From: Azolla caroliniana
Lineage: Eukaryota > Plantae > Polypodiophyta
Direction of reading: 5' to 3'
Length of the DNA stretch: 64,000 bases
NCBI GenBank assembly: GCA_043228905.1
Contig: JBHGNT010000005.1
Span: 13,826,001-13,890,000 of the forward strand
Shown: piece by piece, positions 25,315-36,700 of the stretch
Layout of the letters: every line of letters starts with the position of its first letter
Position numbering within the stretch: the first letter of the stretch is position 1
Made by a program: the position numbers and the translations under genes
The notes under the pieces: model-generated
Databases searched by the model: none
What the model saw: only the letters and a program-made list of their open reading frames with translations
Told to the model about the DNA's origin: nothing

Positions 25315-26068
25315 GTTGCACACTATGTGGAAATTATATTTTTGTCCCTCCGGATAGAGAATGGAATGCTCGGTGAGAACCGGAAGAAAACGGCATACCG
25401 GCAAGGAGGAAAAACGGCATACCGGCAAGGAGGAAAAACGGCATAGAGACATAAATGTAAAAAAAAGGAAATACTCACTACTGCGCAGGGCGTGATTCGA
25501 ACTCTGCACCTCCACGTTGACAAACCCCAACCTTACCATTACATTAAATTATCTTAAGTGTTTTAAATATAGATTTAATATGTATAAGACCTTTATTTAT
25601 GCATACCTTTATTAAAAGGTAAATCGTGTATTTTTTTAATATATGAAAAAGACGAGACACTAAAAATAACTCATGCACATCTAGCGTGCATGAGCCCTAT
25701 ACTTAGGAAATAAAAAAGCATCACATGCACATTTAGTGGACATGAACACTTTTTGTAAAAATAAAAAAGCATGAAGCCATGCTTAGCTCTTCTTTCCTTA
25801 TATAAGGAGGAGAGAAATATGTAAAGGGTTGTTGATTATTTGGATTAAGAATTAATCAATACAAAAATTATTCGTGGGATTCACGATTTATACACACTAA
25901 GTACCAATTAATATAGTATACTCGTGTGATTCACGAGTTTCTTATCTTTCTCTTTGCTATTTACTCATAATTAATCTCTATCTCACGAACTTCTTTCTCC
26001 TAGTCCAAGACCTCTGTGGTTCCCACCCGACTCACGCAACGATCCGGAGCCGAAAGGCACGACAGCGT

Positions 26069-26793
26069 TGTCGTGCCTTTCGGCTCCGGATCGTTTGCGT
26101 GAGTCGGGTGGGAACCACCGGGGTTTTGGACTAGGAGAAAGAAAAATACAAATAAGGCTAGTAAAGAATAGGTATAAAGAGTTATAAGATAAGAATCTCG
26201 TGAATCCCACGAGTTTAGTATATTTAGTCAATGTTTAGGTAGTAAGAGAGAATTATTTTAGCAAATTCGTGAATCCCACGAATATTTTAGATTGATTGAT
26301 CATTATAGAAAAATAATCAACAAAAACTACAATGTGCTCCCCATCCTTATATAGTGATGGGAGAGACTAAGCATAACTACATGCTTTTTTTTTCTAATAT
26401 GTTCATGCACACTAAATGTGCATGTGATGCTTTTCTAATCCTTGCTTTTATTTGCTAAATATAGTGCTCATGCACGCTAGATGTGCATGAGTCACTTTTT
26501 AGTTGCTTGCGTTTTTCTATAAAATATTCACGCACTCTAAAAATGCATGATTTACCTTTTAATAAAGGTATGCATAAATAAAGCAATTATACTTATTAAA
26601 TCTATTTATAGAACATTAAAGATAAGGTAGCATAATGGTAAAGTTGAGGTTTGGCTACGTGGAGGTACAGGGTTCGAATCCTGCCCTATGCACGTGATAA
26701 ATATCTTGATATATTATTTTATTTATTTATATGTAATTAAATCGGTTATAGTATTTTTACTTTTTCACGTAGTGTACGAAATACACTACGACA
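26069..26793 (-). mobile_element. Solo LTR G of the D/F lineage, inverted
   Basis: Starts TGTCGTGCCTTTCGG and ends CACTACGACA (reverse complement of the family termini); flanked by GCGT on both sides. Confidence 0.9.
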
Positions 26794-28859
26794 GCGTTTG
26801 AAAGGCAACGTGAGACCAAAGAGACGGAAGGTGGCGGAGAGAAAACGAAGGTCAAAGCTGATGCATACAACGGAGAGATAGTTGAGAAGGTGGCTATGCG
26901 TGAAACGACGGAGAACGATAATACTGAGGATTCCTGCCCACTACTCCTAGAGACTTCGGGGGTTGTGTCCGAGAAGCAACATGAGACCAGAGAGACGAGA
27001 GATGGTGGCAAGAAAGGTAAAGTCAGAAGCCGGTTCAGATGGAATATGATCTGTACGGAATTCCGATCCGAAAGAAAGCTGACCCGAAAGGGGTTTGACT
27101 CGATCAAAACCGATCGAACGAGTCCGATTCGGTCGAACGCGAATACAGATGGAAGCCGACCTAGCCGAAAGCCGATCGGACGAGACCGATCTGGAAAGAA
27201 GCTAATCCGACTTAGTCGGAGGTTGAACCGGTCGAGGCCGATGAAAACGAGGAAAAAAAAGCCAACCGAAACCGAAACTGATAGATCGAAACCGACCCGG
27301 AAAGGGGCTGAATCGGTAAAAACCGATCAACCGAGTCCGAATCGGCCGAATACGAATCGGAATGGAAGCCAATTCAACCGAAAGACGATCGGACGAGACC
27401 GAATCAACCAGAGGTCGAAGAGATCAAGGCTGACGATTACGAGGAAGAGGTCAAGCAGGTGCACTACAAAGGATGACAAGGACCAAGCGGGCCAAGAAAA
27501 TTTGAAGGGTGTTACCAAGGATGAGATCTCGACAAAGGAGGGCTATAACATGAGATTATCAACTCTAACGTGAGATTATACGACAAAGGTGAACAAAGTG
27601 GGAAGCATGACACATGCATAAGACAAGAAGGGTTATGCTCAAGAGGATCACAAGGAGCCATGACAACCGGCCATGGCAATGCAAAGAGAGAACAAAGAAT
27701 ATGGTGGATCGGATTGAGACAACGGTTCGGGTGGAAAGAATGGATGTGCTCAAAATGGAGTCGACATAGCAAGAGAAACGGAGGGGATTGCGAGTAAAGG
27801 AGAAATACGAGAGCCGGCAATCGGTAACCGGGTGGAGCAAGCAACTGAAAACCGGAAACCGGGCGGAGCCGGCAACCAAGCACGACTGGCAACGAAACCA
27901 ACCAGGCGGAGACCGAACGGATGAGACTAACAATCACCGACAACTTCGGCACATACCGAAGGATGTGCGGGTTTGGAGGGGGCGAGTGTCGTAGTGTATT
28001 TCGCACAATACGCGAAAATTGCATTTTGGTCCTTCCGGATGGGTAAGGAGGATCCGGTAAGGAGAACCGGTAAGAACCGGATCAAGCAGAACCGGCAAGA
28101 GCCGGATGAAGAAGGCCAGTGAGAGTTAGTGAGAAACGGATGAAGAGGACCGGTACGGAGGACCCGATAAGAACCGGATAAAGAAAACCGGCGAGAACCG
28201 GATGAAGCAGACTCGGCAAGAGCTGGATGAAGAAGGCCGGTGAGAGTCTTTCACTGGATGAAGAGACATATTTGTAAATAGAAGAAAGTATAAAATTATA
28301 TATTACATGCATAGTGCAAGATTCAAACCTTACACCTCCTCCATGTTTATAATGTAAAGCCTTACCATTACACTAACATATCATTAGTGTTAAAAAGGTA
28401 AAAGTCCCACATAAAAAAGGTAAGTTCACGCTAGGATAAACTTTAGTTAGAAGAAAATGTGTGATAAAAGAAAAAGCTACGCATGCACATGTAGCGTGCA
28501 TGAACACCATAATCGATAAAAACGCATCAAGTTAGAAAAGGCAGGATCACTTTAGAAGAAGCATGTTAGAGAAAGCATAGAGTCTATCTATAGAAAAAGC
28601 ATGGATTGTGAAGACTCTCTCATCACCATATAAGGATGGGGAGAACAATGTAATAGGGGTGTGGAATATTTGGAAATTGGATATATTTCCTAAAACACCA
28701 ATTAATATAATATATTCGTGGGATTCACGAGATTCATAACTGACCTATCTTTCTACCTATTCATTACTAGCCTTATCTCAAATTTTGCATCCTCCTAGTC
28801 CAAAACCTCTGTGGTTCCCACCCGATTCACGCAACGATCCGGAGCCGAAAGGCACGACA

Positions 28860-31182
28860 ACGTCGAGCGAGGTTGGAGTTGAAGTATTCTCTGGTGCATA
28901 CTAGGATGCGTATTCGTCGAAGACTACGTCTCGACTTGTTCAAACCTTGCGGGTAGATGGGTTGTAGCATTTGTACCCCTTCCGTTCGAGTGAGTATCCT
29001 ATGAGGATACATTTCCCCGACTTTGGGTGAAACTTTTGCTTCGTATCATCGGGTATATGTACGTAGGCTATAGAGTCTGGCATTTGACAAGTCTGGCTTC
29101 TTTCCGAAGACCTTCTCATGCGGAGTTCCATTGTGTACTCCTGAGGTTGTGCAACTGGTCATGAGATATACGGCCGTATTTGCCGGTTTTACCCAATATG
29201 ATTTCGGCAGGTTCTTCTCGTTCATCATGGCTCATGCGACTTCTACTACATGCCAAATTTTTACGCTCTGGTACGTTGTTTTGCTGACACGAGAATTCTC
29301 ATTGGATTCCTTCTTTTCGAAGATACGCCGTAAATTCATCCGAAAAATATTCTTTGCCTCCATCTGATCGAAGACAGCGTACATGCCGACCCGTAGTTTT
29401 TTCGGTTTCGGCTTTGAATGTCTGGAAGTGCCTGAACACCTCAGTCTTCTACTTCATCGAATAGATTCCAGGTGTTCCTAGAGAAGTCGTCGATGAACGT
29501 GACATAGTATCGGCATCCGCTGAATGTTGCTGTCTGGGCTGGTCCCCATACATCTGAATGTAGGACATCCAAGATTCCTTTGCTCACATTCCACTCTTTA
29601 GGGAATGGGTGACGGCGTTGCTTTTCAAACTTACATGCTTTGTATATGCCTCTAATCTCCTTCGCCGTAAAGTTTGGGTGTCCGATTACGACTCCTTTCG
29701 ATTGCATGTTCTAGAGCTTTTGGAGATTGATCTGGTCGATTCTCTTGTGCCATAGTTTCAAGTCGGTTTCGACTTTCTGGCCCTTTGCAAACATAGCCGA
29801 CTTTACCTTGCTCAATTCGAGGATGAACATACGGCCTTCACGGTGGCCATGAGCTATGACTTGATCACCTTTTTCGATGAAGCACCCATCATTATTGAAG
29901 CGTACTTGCATTCCTTGTTTGGGAATCTGCCCAACGAAGACCAGGTTTTTCGTAATAGTGGAACATGTAACACGTTCTTGAGGTAGGTTTGTTTGCCGTC
30001 GTTTCCAAATGGGACGTTCCCGTTATGTTGTTTTGGGTGAGTCATGTCATCTCCTATTTCGACATATCCGAGACGTTCGGGCTTCCGTAGTTCCTGAAAC
30101 CAATCTTCATGGGACATCATGTGATTGCATGCTCCCGAATCGACAAACCATATGTTGTTCGGAGTGGAAGTGGTAGTTGACGCAAGTGCGGGCATTGAGT
30201 GTGCTTCATGTTTCATTATGAACATTCCGCCGCGGTCGCCGTAGTCAGAGTTCGTGGCATAATTTGCTAGTTGTCGGCATTGTTCACGCTTCTTCTTCCG
30301 ACACTCCTCTTCGTAGTGGTCCGATTTTCTGCAGTACCCGCACTCAATTGGGTTCCTATAGTTGCTTGGTCCGACATGATTACTCCCCCTTTCGCCGAAC
30401 TCTTTGGGGCCGTTTTTGTGCGCTTGCCATTGGTGGGAGTTACACTCTTGGTTGTGTCAGCCTTGGCTGAATCGACCTCTCCTTCCGCGGCTTTGTCCTC
30501 TTCCTCCATTGAAGTTCGAATATAGCATTTGTCAATCATGAGCTTTGTTCCTTTGATGCACATGATTCTCTTCGACTAGCAACAATGATTGGAGATCAAA
30601 AAATGAGGGAGGATTCTCTCTCGTGACAACGGCTGATCTTATTGCACCAAATCGCGGTGCCAAGCCACCTAGCCATATCTGCACCATTTCTTCGTCGTCA
30701 TTGCTAACATTGATCGATCAAAGGGTATCGCACAACTCCTTGATCTTTAAAGTGTAGTTGCCGATTGACATGTCCCTTTGTTGAAGATTGTTCAGCTCCT
30801 ATCGAAGTTGGAGCTTTCGTGCGACCGTATTGGCTACGAAAATCTTCTTGAGGTTTTCCCACGCCTGCTTTGGCGTTTTTTCTTCTCGAATGTAACCAAG
30901 CATATGATCATGAACACATGATGCAAGGCAATACAACACACGACTTGCGGCCTGCTCCCAAGCGGAATAGTCGGCGTGTGTTGAGTTGGGTTGTGATTCG
31001 TGAGCTCCTTCGATGTAGCTCCAGTAGCCTTGTCCGACAAGGTATTGATGCATCTTGTATTCCCAAGATGCAAAGTTTGTTTTGTCGAGCTTCTCGGTAG
31101 GAATAACGCTTCCCATTTGAGTATTCATGGTGATTTCTTCTCTGTTGATGGGCCAGTTTTGTTGATCGTCGGCGTGTAGCAC
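28860..31182 (-). pseudogene. Copia C gag, protease and integrase remnant
   Basis: KLDKTNFASWEYKM, WFVDSGACNHM, LWHKRI, HSDVWGP, YYVTFIDDFSR, KCILIGYS; disrupted. Confidence 0.9.
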
Positions 31183-31576
31183 AACACAATCGAATAGGCT
31201 TAATCAGGCAACCACACACCCTGATACCATGTAACGGAATGGGAGGAAAGAGTGATTGCAATGCAACGGAAGAAGATTGAGAGAGTGTGTGTATGAGGCA
31301 ACAGAGGGAGAGAGAGAGAGAGAGAGCTCTTAAGGCAGAGATAGAAAAACTGTATATTAACCAAAAAATACATCAAACATAAAACATCCAACAATAACTA
31401 AGTTACAATGTGTTGGTTTATATACTGACTAAGCTAGGGCAAGTGCCCTTTCTATTATTTATAAAACTAGCCCAACATGTCCATGAGCTAGTGTGAAACC
31501 TATCTATGGGAAGTTGACTTCGACTCTCAACACGCCCCTTCGAACACAACTTCTATCTGTCGAGAAGGTTGTTCGG

Positions 31577-32540
31577 CACGAATAACGGAACTACGTAAGC
31601 AACTAGCCGCGGCACAGTACTAGGTTAGTATGGGTGAGGAAAAAGTCCGACCGATAATAAAAGCCCACAAGCTGAAAACAATGCAACTGGTAGCTGACTC
31701 CCTCGACAAAGGATGGAAGACTTGGTCGGCACAGGCAACCGAATGGCAACTCTTGCGCGCTGACAGGGAGAACAAAAAGGCTCAAGGCCACGAGTTCTTC
31801 AAGATGACAGAAGAGGCAATCTTTACAGTACAAGAAGAAATAACTTGGCTAATGGACGAATTCGATGCCCACGACATCGACACTTCTGTTAAGCTGGACA
31901 AATACGAACGAAATTGACGACAACAAACAAATGAGCTAGGATACCCATCCATGACATAACCATCACCACAGACAAACAACATTTACGACGAGGAGAATAG
32001 TGCTAATGACAACGACAACGACCCCGAACAGGAACAAGAAGTAGAACCGTCATTTTTTCCATACTCCATGACGACGAAAACGACGACGATGACCCCGACC
32101 CAACAGGGCAAGCATAAGAATTTACCGTGGGTTCGACCTGGCAAGGCCCTGGCCCACGGGCGTGCCATGAGTTAGATGATCAGGATAAGGATCAGACAAC
32201 TATGGAAGAGTCGGAGTCGACAATGTTCGGAGAAACACAGAGTCAGAGTCGGATCGAAGAGGCGGATCAATGACTTTGCATTTTGCCAACTAAGAGTAGC
32301 AATATTTTTTAAAGCTAGAAGTTTTGGTTAGTTCTTGCCGACAAGGAAAAGTGTAATTCTTGATGAGTTATGTCCTTCGGGTCATCTATAAAAAGGGATC
32401 GAGAATAGTGTAACACTATCGTTCTAATTCGAGTTTAATATAGTTATTAGTTAGTGGAAAACCTGTGTTGTGTATTTTTTAAGTAATATATTGATCTATT
32501 CGTCTCATATATGTTCTGCTCGTAATTATATTATGTCAAT
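31577..32540 (+). mobile_element. 3' remainder of gypsy element B (end of extra ORF and probable LTR)
   Basis: ORF 31630-31917 (WSAQATEWQLLRADRENKK) matches element A at ~2390-2640 (WSKWAKQVAEL.LLRADAENRR); then CCCACGGGCGTG and TATAAAA at ~32387. Confidence 0.55.
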
Positions 32541-33039
32541 TATGTTGGGAAATCGGTCCCTCCGAATGGGATCCGCTGATGAATGAAGAGGACCCGGTGA
32601 GAACCGGAAGAGAGGACATATTTGTAAATATGTTTTTTGAGTAAGCCTATTGAGGCTATATTTGTACATAGCCCTAAGTTCATATAAGGATAAATATGAC
32701 TTAGGGCAATCACTTAGTATAGGGTGCATAGTGTTGTCATACTGTTGTAATTGTGGTACAGAGAGCGAGAAAGAGAGAGAGACTGTGTGAGATACAGAGC
32801 TATACTCTGTTGTAACCGCTGGTTGGCGAAGTTAAAGAGCTTGAGGTCGTTGCCTCTGAGGCTCTGAATGTACCTTTCTCATATAGGGATAGTTTGGAGT
32901 CTGTGGGCTCCCGTGGTTTTTCCCTGTTAGGGTTTTCTGTTGGGATTTCGGTCCCTCCGGATGGGATGTCCGGAGATGAATGACGGCAAGCCCGGTTGCG
33001 GTTACGGAACCGGATGATGAATAGTACCCGGCATGAAGC

Positions 33040-33245
33040 CGGATGAAGAGACCCCGACTACGGAGCCGGATGCTGAAGACCCCGGTTACGGAGCCGGATG
33101 CTGAAGACCCCGGTTACGGAGCCGGATGACGAAGACCCGGCTACGGAGCCGGATGCTGAAGACCCCGGTTACGGAGCCGGATGACGAAGACCCGGCTACG
33201 GAGCCGGATGCTGAAGATCCCGGTTACGGAGCCGGATGACGAATG
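33040..33245 (+). repeat. 27-28-bp tandem repeats (GGTTACGGAGCCGGATGCTGAAGACCCC) in the copia I LTR, repeated at 37934-38139
   Basis: About seven units visible directly. Confidence 0.9.
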
Positions 33246-33747
33246 TACCCGGAGAGAGATCCGGATGCGGGGACATATTTGTGAATATGCTTGCCAAGAG
33301 CCCCTTGAGGCTATATTTGTAAATAGCCCGAAAGTCATATGTGTATAAATATGACTTAGGGCAAACAGTTTTGTTGTTGCTTATTTTTCTGTTTTTCACC
33401 TAGAGAGAGTGAAGAGAGCAGCCGCGAGAGAGGGAGAGAGAGAGAGAGAGACGAAGAGGTCGTTGCCTCTGTGTATTACCGCCGCCTGTGGCGAAGACAG
33501 TGAGCTCAAGGTTGTTGCCTTGAAGCTTCACCATTGTACATCCCTGTTCATAGTGATAGTTGGAGTTTGAGGACTCCCGTGGTTTTTTCCATTTAGGGTT
33601 TTCCACGAAAAATATCCTGTGTACTCTTCTCTCTACAGTCTCCGTGTACATTGTATTTCCTATTTTCTGTGAGTTGATCCTATTCCTCGGTTGTGGCCGA
33701 GCGAGGTTGTTCAACAAAGTGGTATCAGAGCAACGGTAACACAGAAA

Positions 33748-36700
33748 ATGGAAGGCGGCGGTAGTGGGCCTCCGGGCATGATGGTGTTGAACTCACAGAA
33801 CTACGCCGACTGGAAGATAAAGATGGAAGACCTTCTCATCGTCCGAGACCTGTACGAACCGATCGACAATGCCGAGATACCCAAGGGGGTAATAGAGTCG
33901 GAGTGGAAGCTCCTGAACCGGAAAGCCGTAGCGACGATCCGGCAATATGTCGATGTAAGTGTCCTGCAACATGTGGCGAACGATACGAACGCCTATGAGA
34001 TGTGGAAGAAGCTGTCGGGCCTTTATGAGAGGAAGAATGCGTTGAACCGGACCTCCCTGATGAGGAAGATAGTGAACCTCAAGTACCGGGACGGCGAGAA
34101 TATGGTGGAACACGTGAGCACGTTCATGGGATTCGTGAACCAGCTTGCGGCGATCAAGTTCCCGTTGGAGGATGCAATGCAAGCCATCATCCTGATGTGT
34201 ACATTGCCGGACAGCTGGGAGAACTTGGTGGTGACTCTCAGCACCTCCTGCACGGAAGATAACTTGTCCCTACAAACGGTAAAGACAAGTATTTTGAACG
34301 AAGAAGCGCGTCAGAGAGATAAGGAACCGGCCTCCGACTCAAAGGCGCTGCTTACCGAATCGGAACGGGGAAGACAATGGAACCGGAGTCCGCAAAGACG
34401 GGAGAAGTCGGGGACCCGGTCGCAGTCAAGAGGAAGACCCACATGCTTCCACTGTGGGAAGCCGGGGCACTTCCGGAAGAATTGTCGGCATTACCGAAAG
34501 GACAACGGAGCCGACGACACCGATTTGAAGAAGTCACCGGAGAGAAACGGTGCATACCGGGGAGCCACGGACCGGAGAGGTTCGGATCGGCGGGGGCAGG
34601 ACCGGAAAGGAACGACGGCACTCGCGGCAAGTGAAGAAGAGATAATGCTCATTACCGAAGAGAGGGAGCTGAACCTTGCCGGTGAAGAGATGACCTGGGT
34701 GGTCGATTCCGCAGCGTCGTTCCACCTGACCCCGGAGAAGAAATACTTCTCATCCTACACAGCCGGGGAGCACGACTGTGTCCGGATGGGAAATGAAGGT
34801 ACATGCCGGATTGCCGGCATAGGAGATGTGTGGCTGATGACATCAACCGGATGCAAGATGCTGCTGAAGGATGTCCGACACGTTCCGGAGGTTCGATTGA
34901 ACCTGATTTCGGCCGGGAGGCTAGACGATGAAGGCTACACGGGTAGCATCCGGAACGGTGTTATGAAGTTCAGCAAAGGGAGCCTGATAGTGGCTCGGGC
35001 CCGGAAGGTCAACACGCTGTACCTGATGAATTCCCGGCTATGTCCGGAGGAGCTGAACGTGGCAGCCGACACTGCCGGTGAGCTGTGGCACAAGAGACTG
35101 TGCCACATGAGTGAGAAGGGGATGAAGAGGCTTGCAGAAGACAACCTCATTCCAGTGAAGCATGTGCACCTGGAGAAGTGCACCGATTGCCTGGCCGGTA
35201 AGCAGAACCGAACCTCCTTCCACTCAAGGCCACCGACGAGACGTAGCGCACCATTGGAGCTGGTGCACACTGACGTGTGTCAAGTAGAAACGAAGTCACA
35301 TGGCGGAGCCCAGTACTTCGTGACATTCATAGATGATCACAGCCGGAAGCTGTGGACGGCACCGTTGAAGACAAAGGACCAAGTATTGTCCGTCTTTAAA
35401 GAACTCCACGCGAGAGTGGAAAGGGAATCCGGCAAGAAGCTGAAAGCGATACGAGCGGATAACGGAGGGGAATACCGGGGGCAGTTCCAGGAGTACTGTC
35501 GCTCGAAGGGAATCCGACTCGAGTTTACTGTGCCGAAGACGCCGGAACTGAACGGGCTGGCCGAGAGGATGAACCGGACCATAATGGAGAGGGTCCGGAG
35601 TATGCTGGCGCATGCGAAATTACCCAAGGGGTTTTGGGCTGAGGCAATGTCGACGGCGACATATGTGATAAACCGATCACCCTCAGTACCTTTGGACGGA
35701 GACACGCCGCAGAAAGTGTGGACCGGTAAGGAAGTGTCCTACCGGCATCTGAAGGTGTTCGGGTGTCTCGCATATGTGCATGTGGCAAAGGACCGGAGAG
35801 GAAAGCTAGATCCAAAGACCCGGCCATGCATATTCCTCGGTTACGGCGACGACGAGTTCGGCTACCGAGTATGGGACCCGGTCGACAAGAAGATATTCAG
35901 GAGTCGAGATATCATCTTCATGGAGGACAAGACACTCGCCGACTGGGAGTCGGAGAAGAAGATGAAGAGCTCCAAGTCGACCGGTGAGGATAAACTCTAC
36001 GAGGAGCAGTCCCGACCGGCAAGGGACCGGTTAGCACTCGAGGATCCGGCCGAAGACGGTGTAGAAACAGAACCGGCCGAAGAAGATGAAAATGATACCG
36101 GAACCGGCCCCGATCCCGAAATGGATTCGGATGAAGAAGAATCGGAAGAATCGGTTACCGAAGCTCCGGAACGAAGATACCCTCTAAGAGAGAGAAGGGC
36201 CCCCCGGAGATTTCCGGAACCAGAGCACGTGCTGCTAACTGACGAGGGGGAGCCCGAGAGCTTTGAAGAAGCAAAGCATGACACCCAGAGCCGCAGGTGG
36301 TTAAGTGCCATGCAGGAGGAGATGGATTCCCTGCATGAGAACCACACATATGAACTTGTGGAGTTGCCGAAAGGTAAGCGGGCACTTCGAAACAAGTGGG
36401 TGTTCAAGCTGAAACCGGGAGATGCCGGAAACCCCCCGAGATACAAAGCCAGGATCGTGGTGAAGGGGTTCCAGCAGAAGAAGGGCGTCGACTTCGACGA
36501 GATATTTGCCCCGGTAGTGAAGATGACCTCCATCCGGACGGTGCTGAGCATAGCGGCAAGCATGGACCTCGAGGTAGAACAGATGGACGTGAAGACGGCA
36601 TTCCTTCACGGTGACCTCGAAGAAGAGATCTACATGCAGCAACCGGAAGGATTCGAGAAGAAAGGGAAGGAGCACCTGGTATGCCGGTTGAAGAAGAGCC

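Larger units (their letters stand above)
18855..26064 (+). mobile_element. Intact Ty3/gypsy element F (tRNA-Trp PBS, 4-bp TSD)
   Basis: LTRs 18855-19634 and 25302-26064 are nearly identical; TSD GCGT (18851-18854 / 26065-26068); PBS at 19639-19656; PPT GGAGGGGGCGAG; two long open ORFs. Confidence 0.95.
11322..28859 (+). mobile_element. Non-autonomous gypsy element D (same lineage as F)
   Basis: LTRs TGTCGTAG..GGCACGACA at 11322-17812 (split by copia E) and 27987-28859. PBS TGGTGAAGCTGACGTGAA at 17817-17834 and PPT GGAGGGGGCGAG before 27987. The ~2.2-kb internal region has a decayed gag N-terminus and no pol. Confidence 0.85.
8946..31576 (-). mobile_element. Ty1/copia element C (degenerate), host of the D/E/F/G nest
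   Basis: Direct LTRs 8946-9246 and 31230-31532 (TGTAAC..TCAACA). Minus-strand PBS TGGTATCAG at 31229-31221 and PPT AGGGGCG at 9253-9247. Gag (30799-31182), protease WFVDSGACNHM and integrase at 28860-30225; RT and RNase H at 9250-11320. Confidence 0.9.

Noticed and set aside
26626-26692. Functional tRNA gene
   Set aside because: A and B boxes are present but I could not fold convincing acceptor and anticodon stems; it is part of an LTR.
26890-27573. 223-227-aa ORFs in the D internal region as host genes
   Set aside because: Low-complexity, internally repeated sequence of a non-autonomous element; no domain recognised.
11317-28864. Target-site duplication for element D
   Set aside because: Flanks (CGCAG / ACGTC) do not match, so no TSD is claimed.
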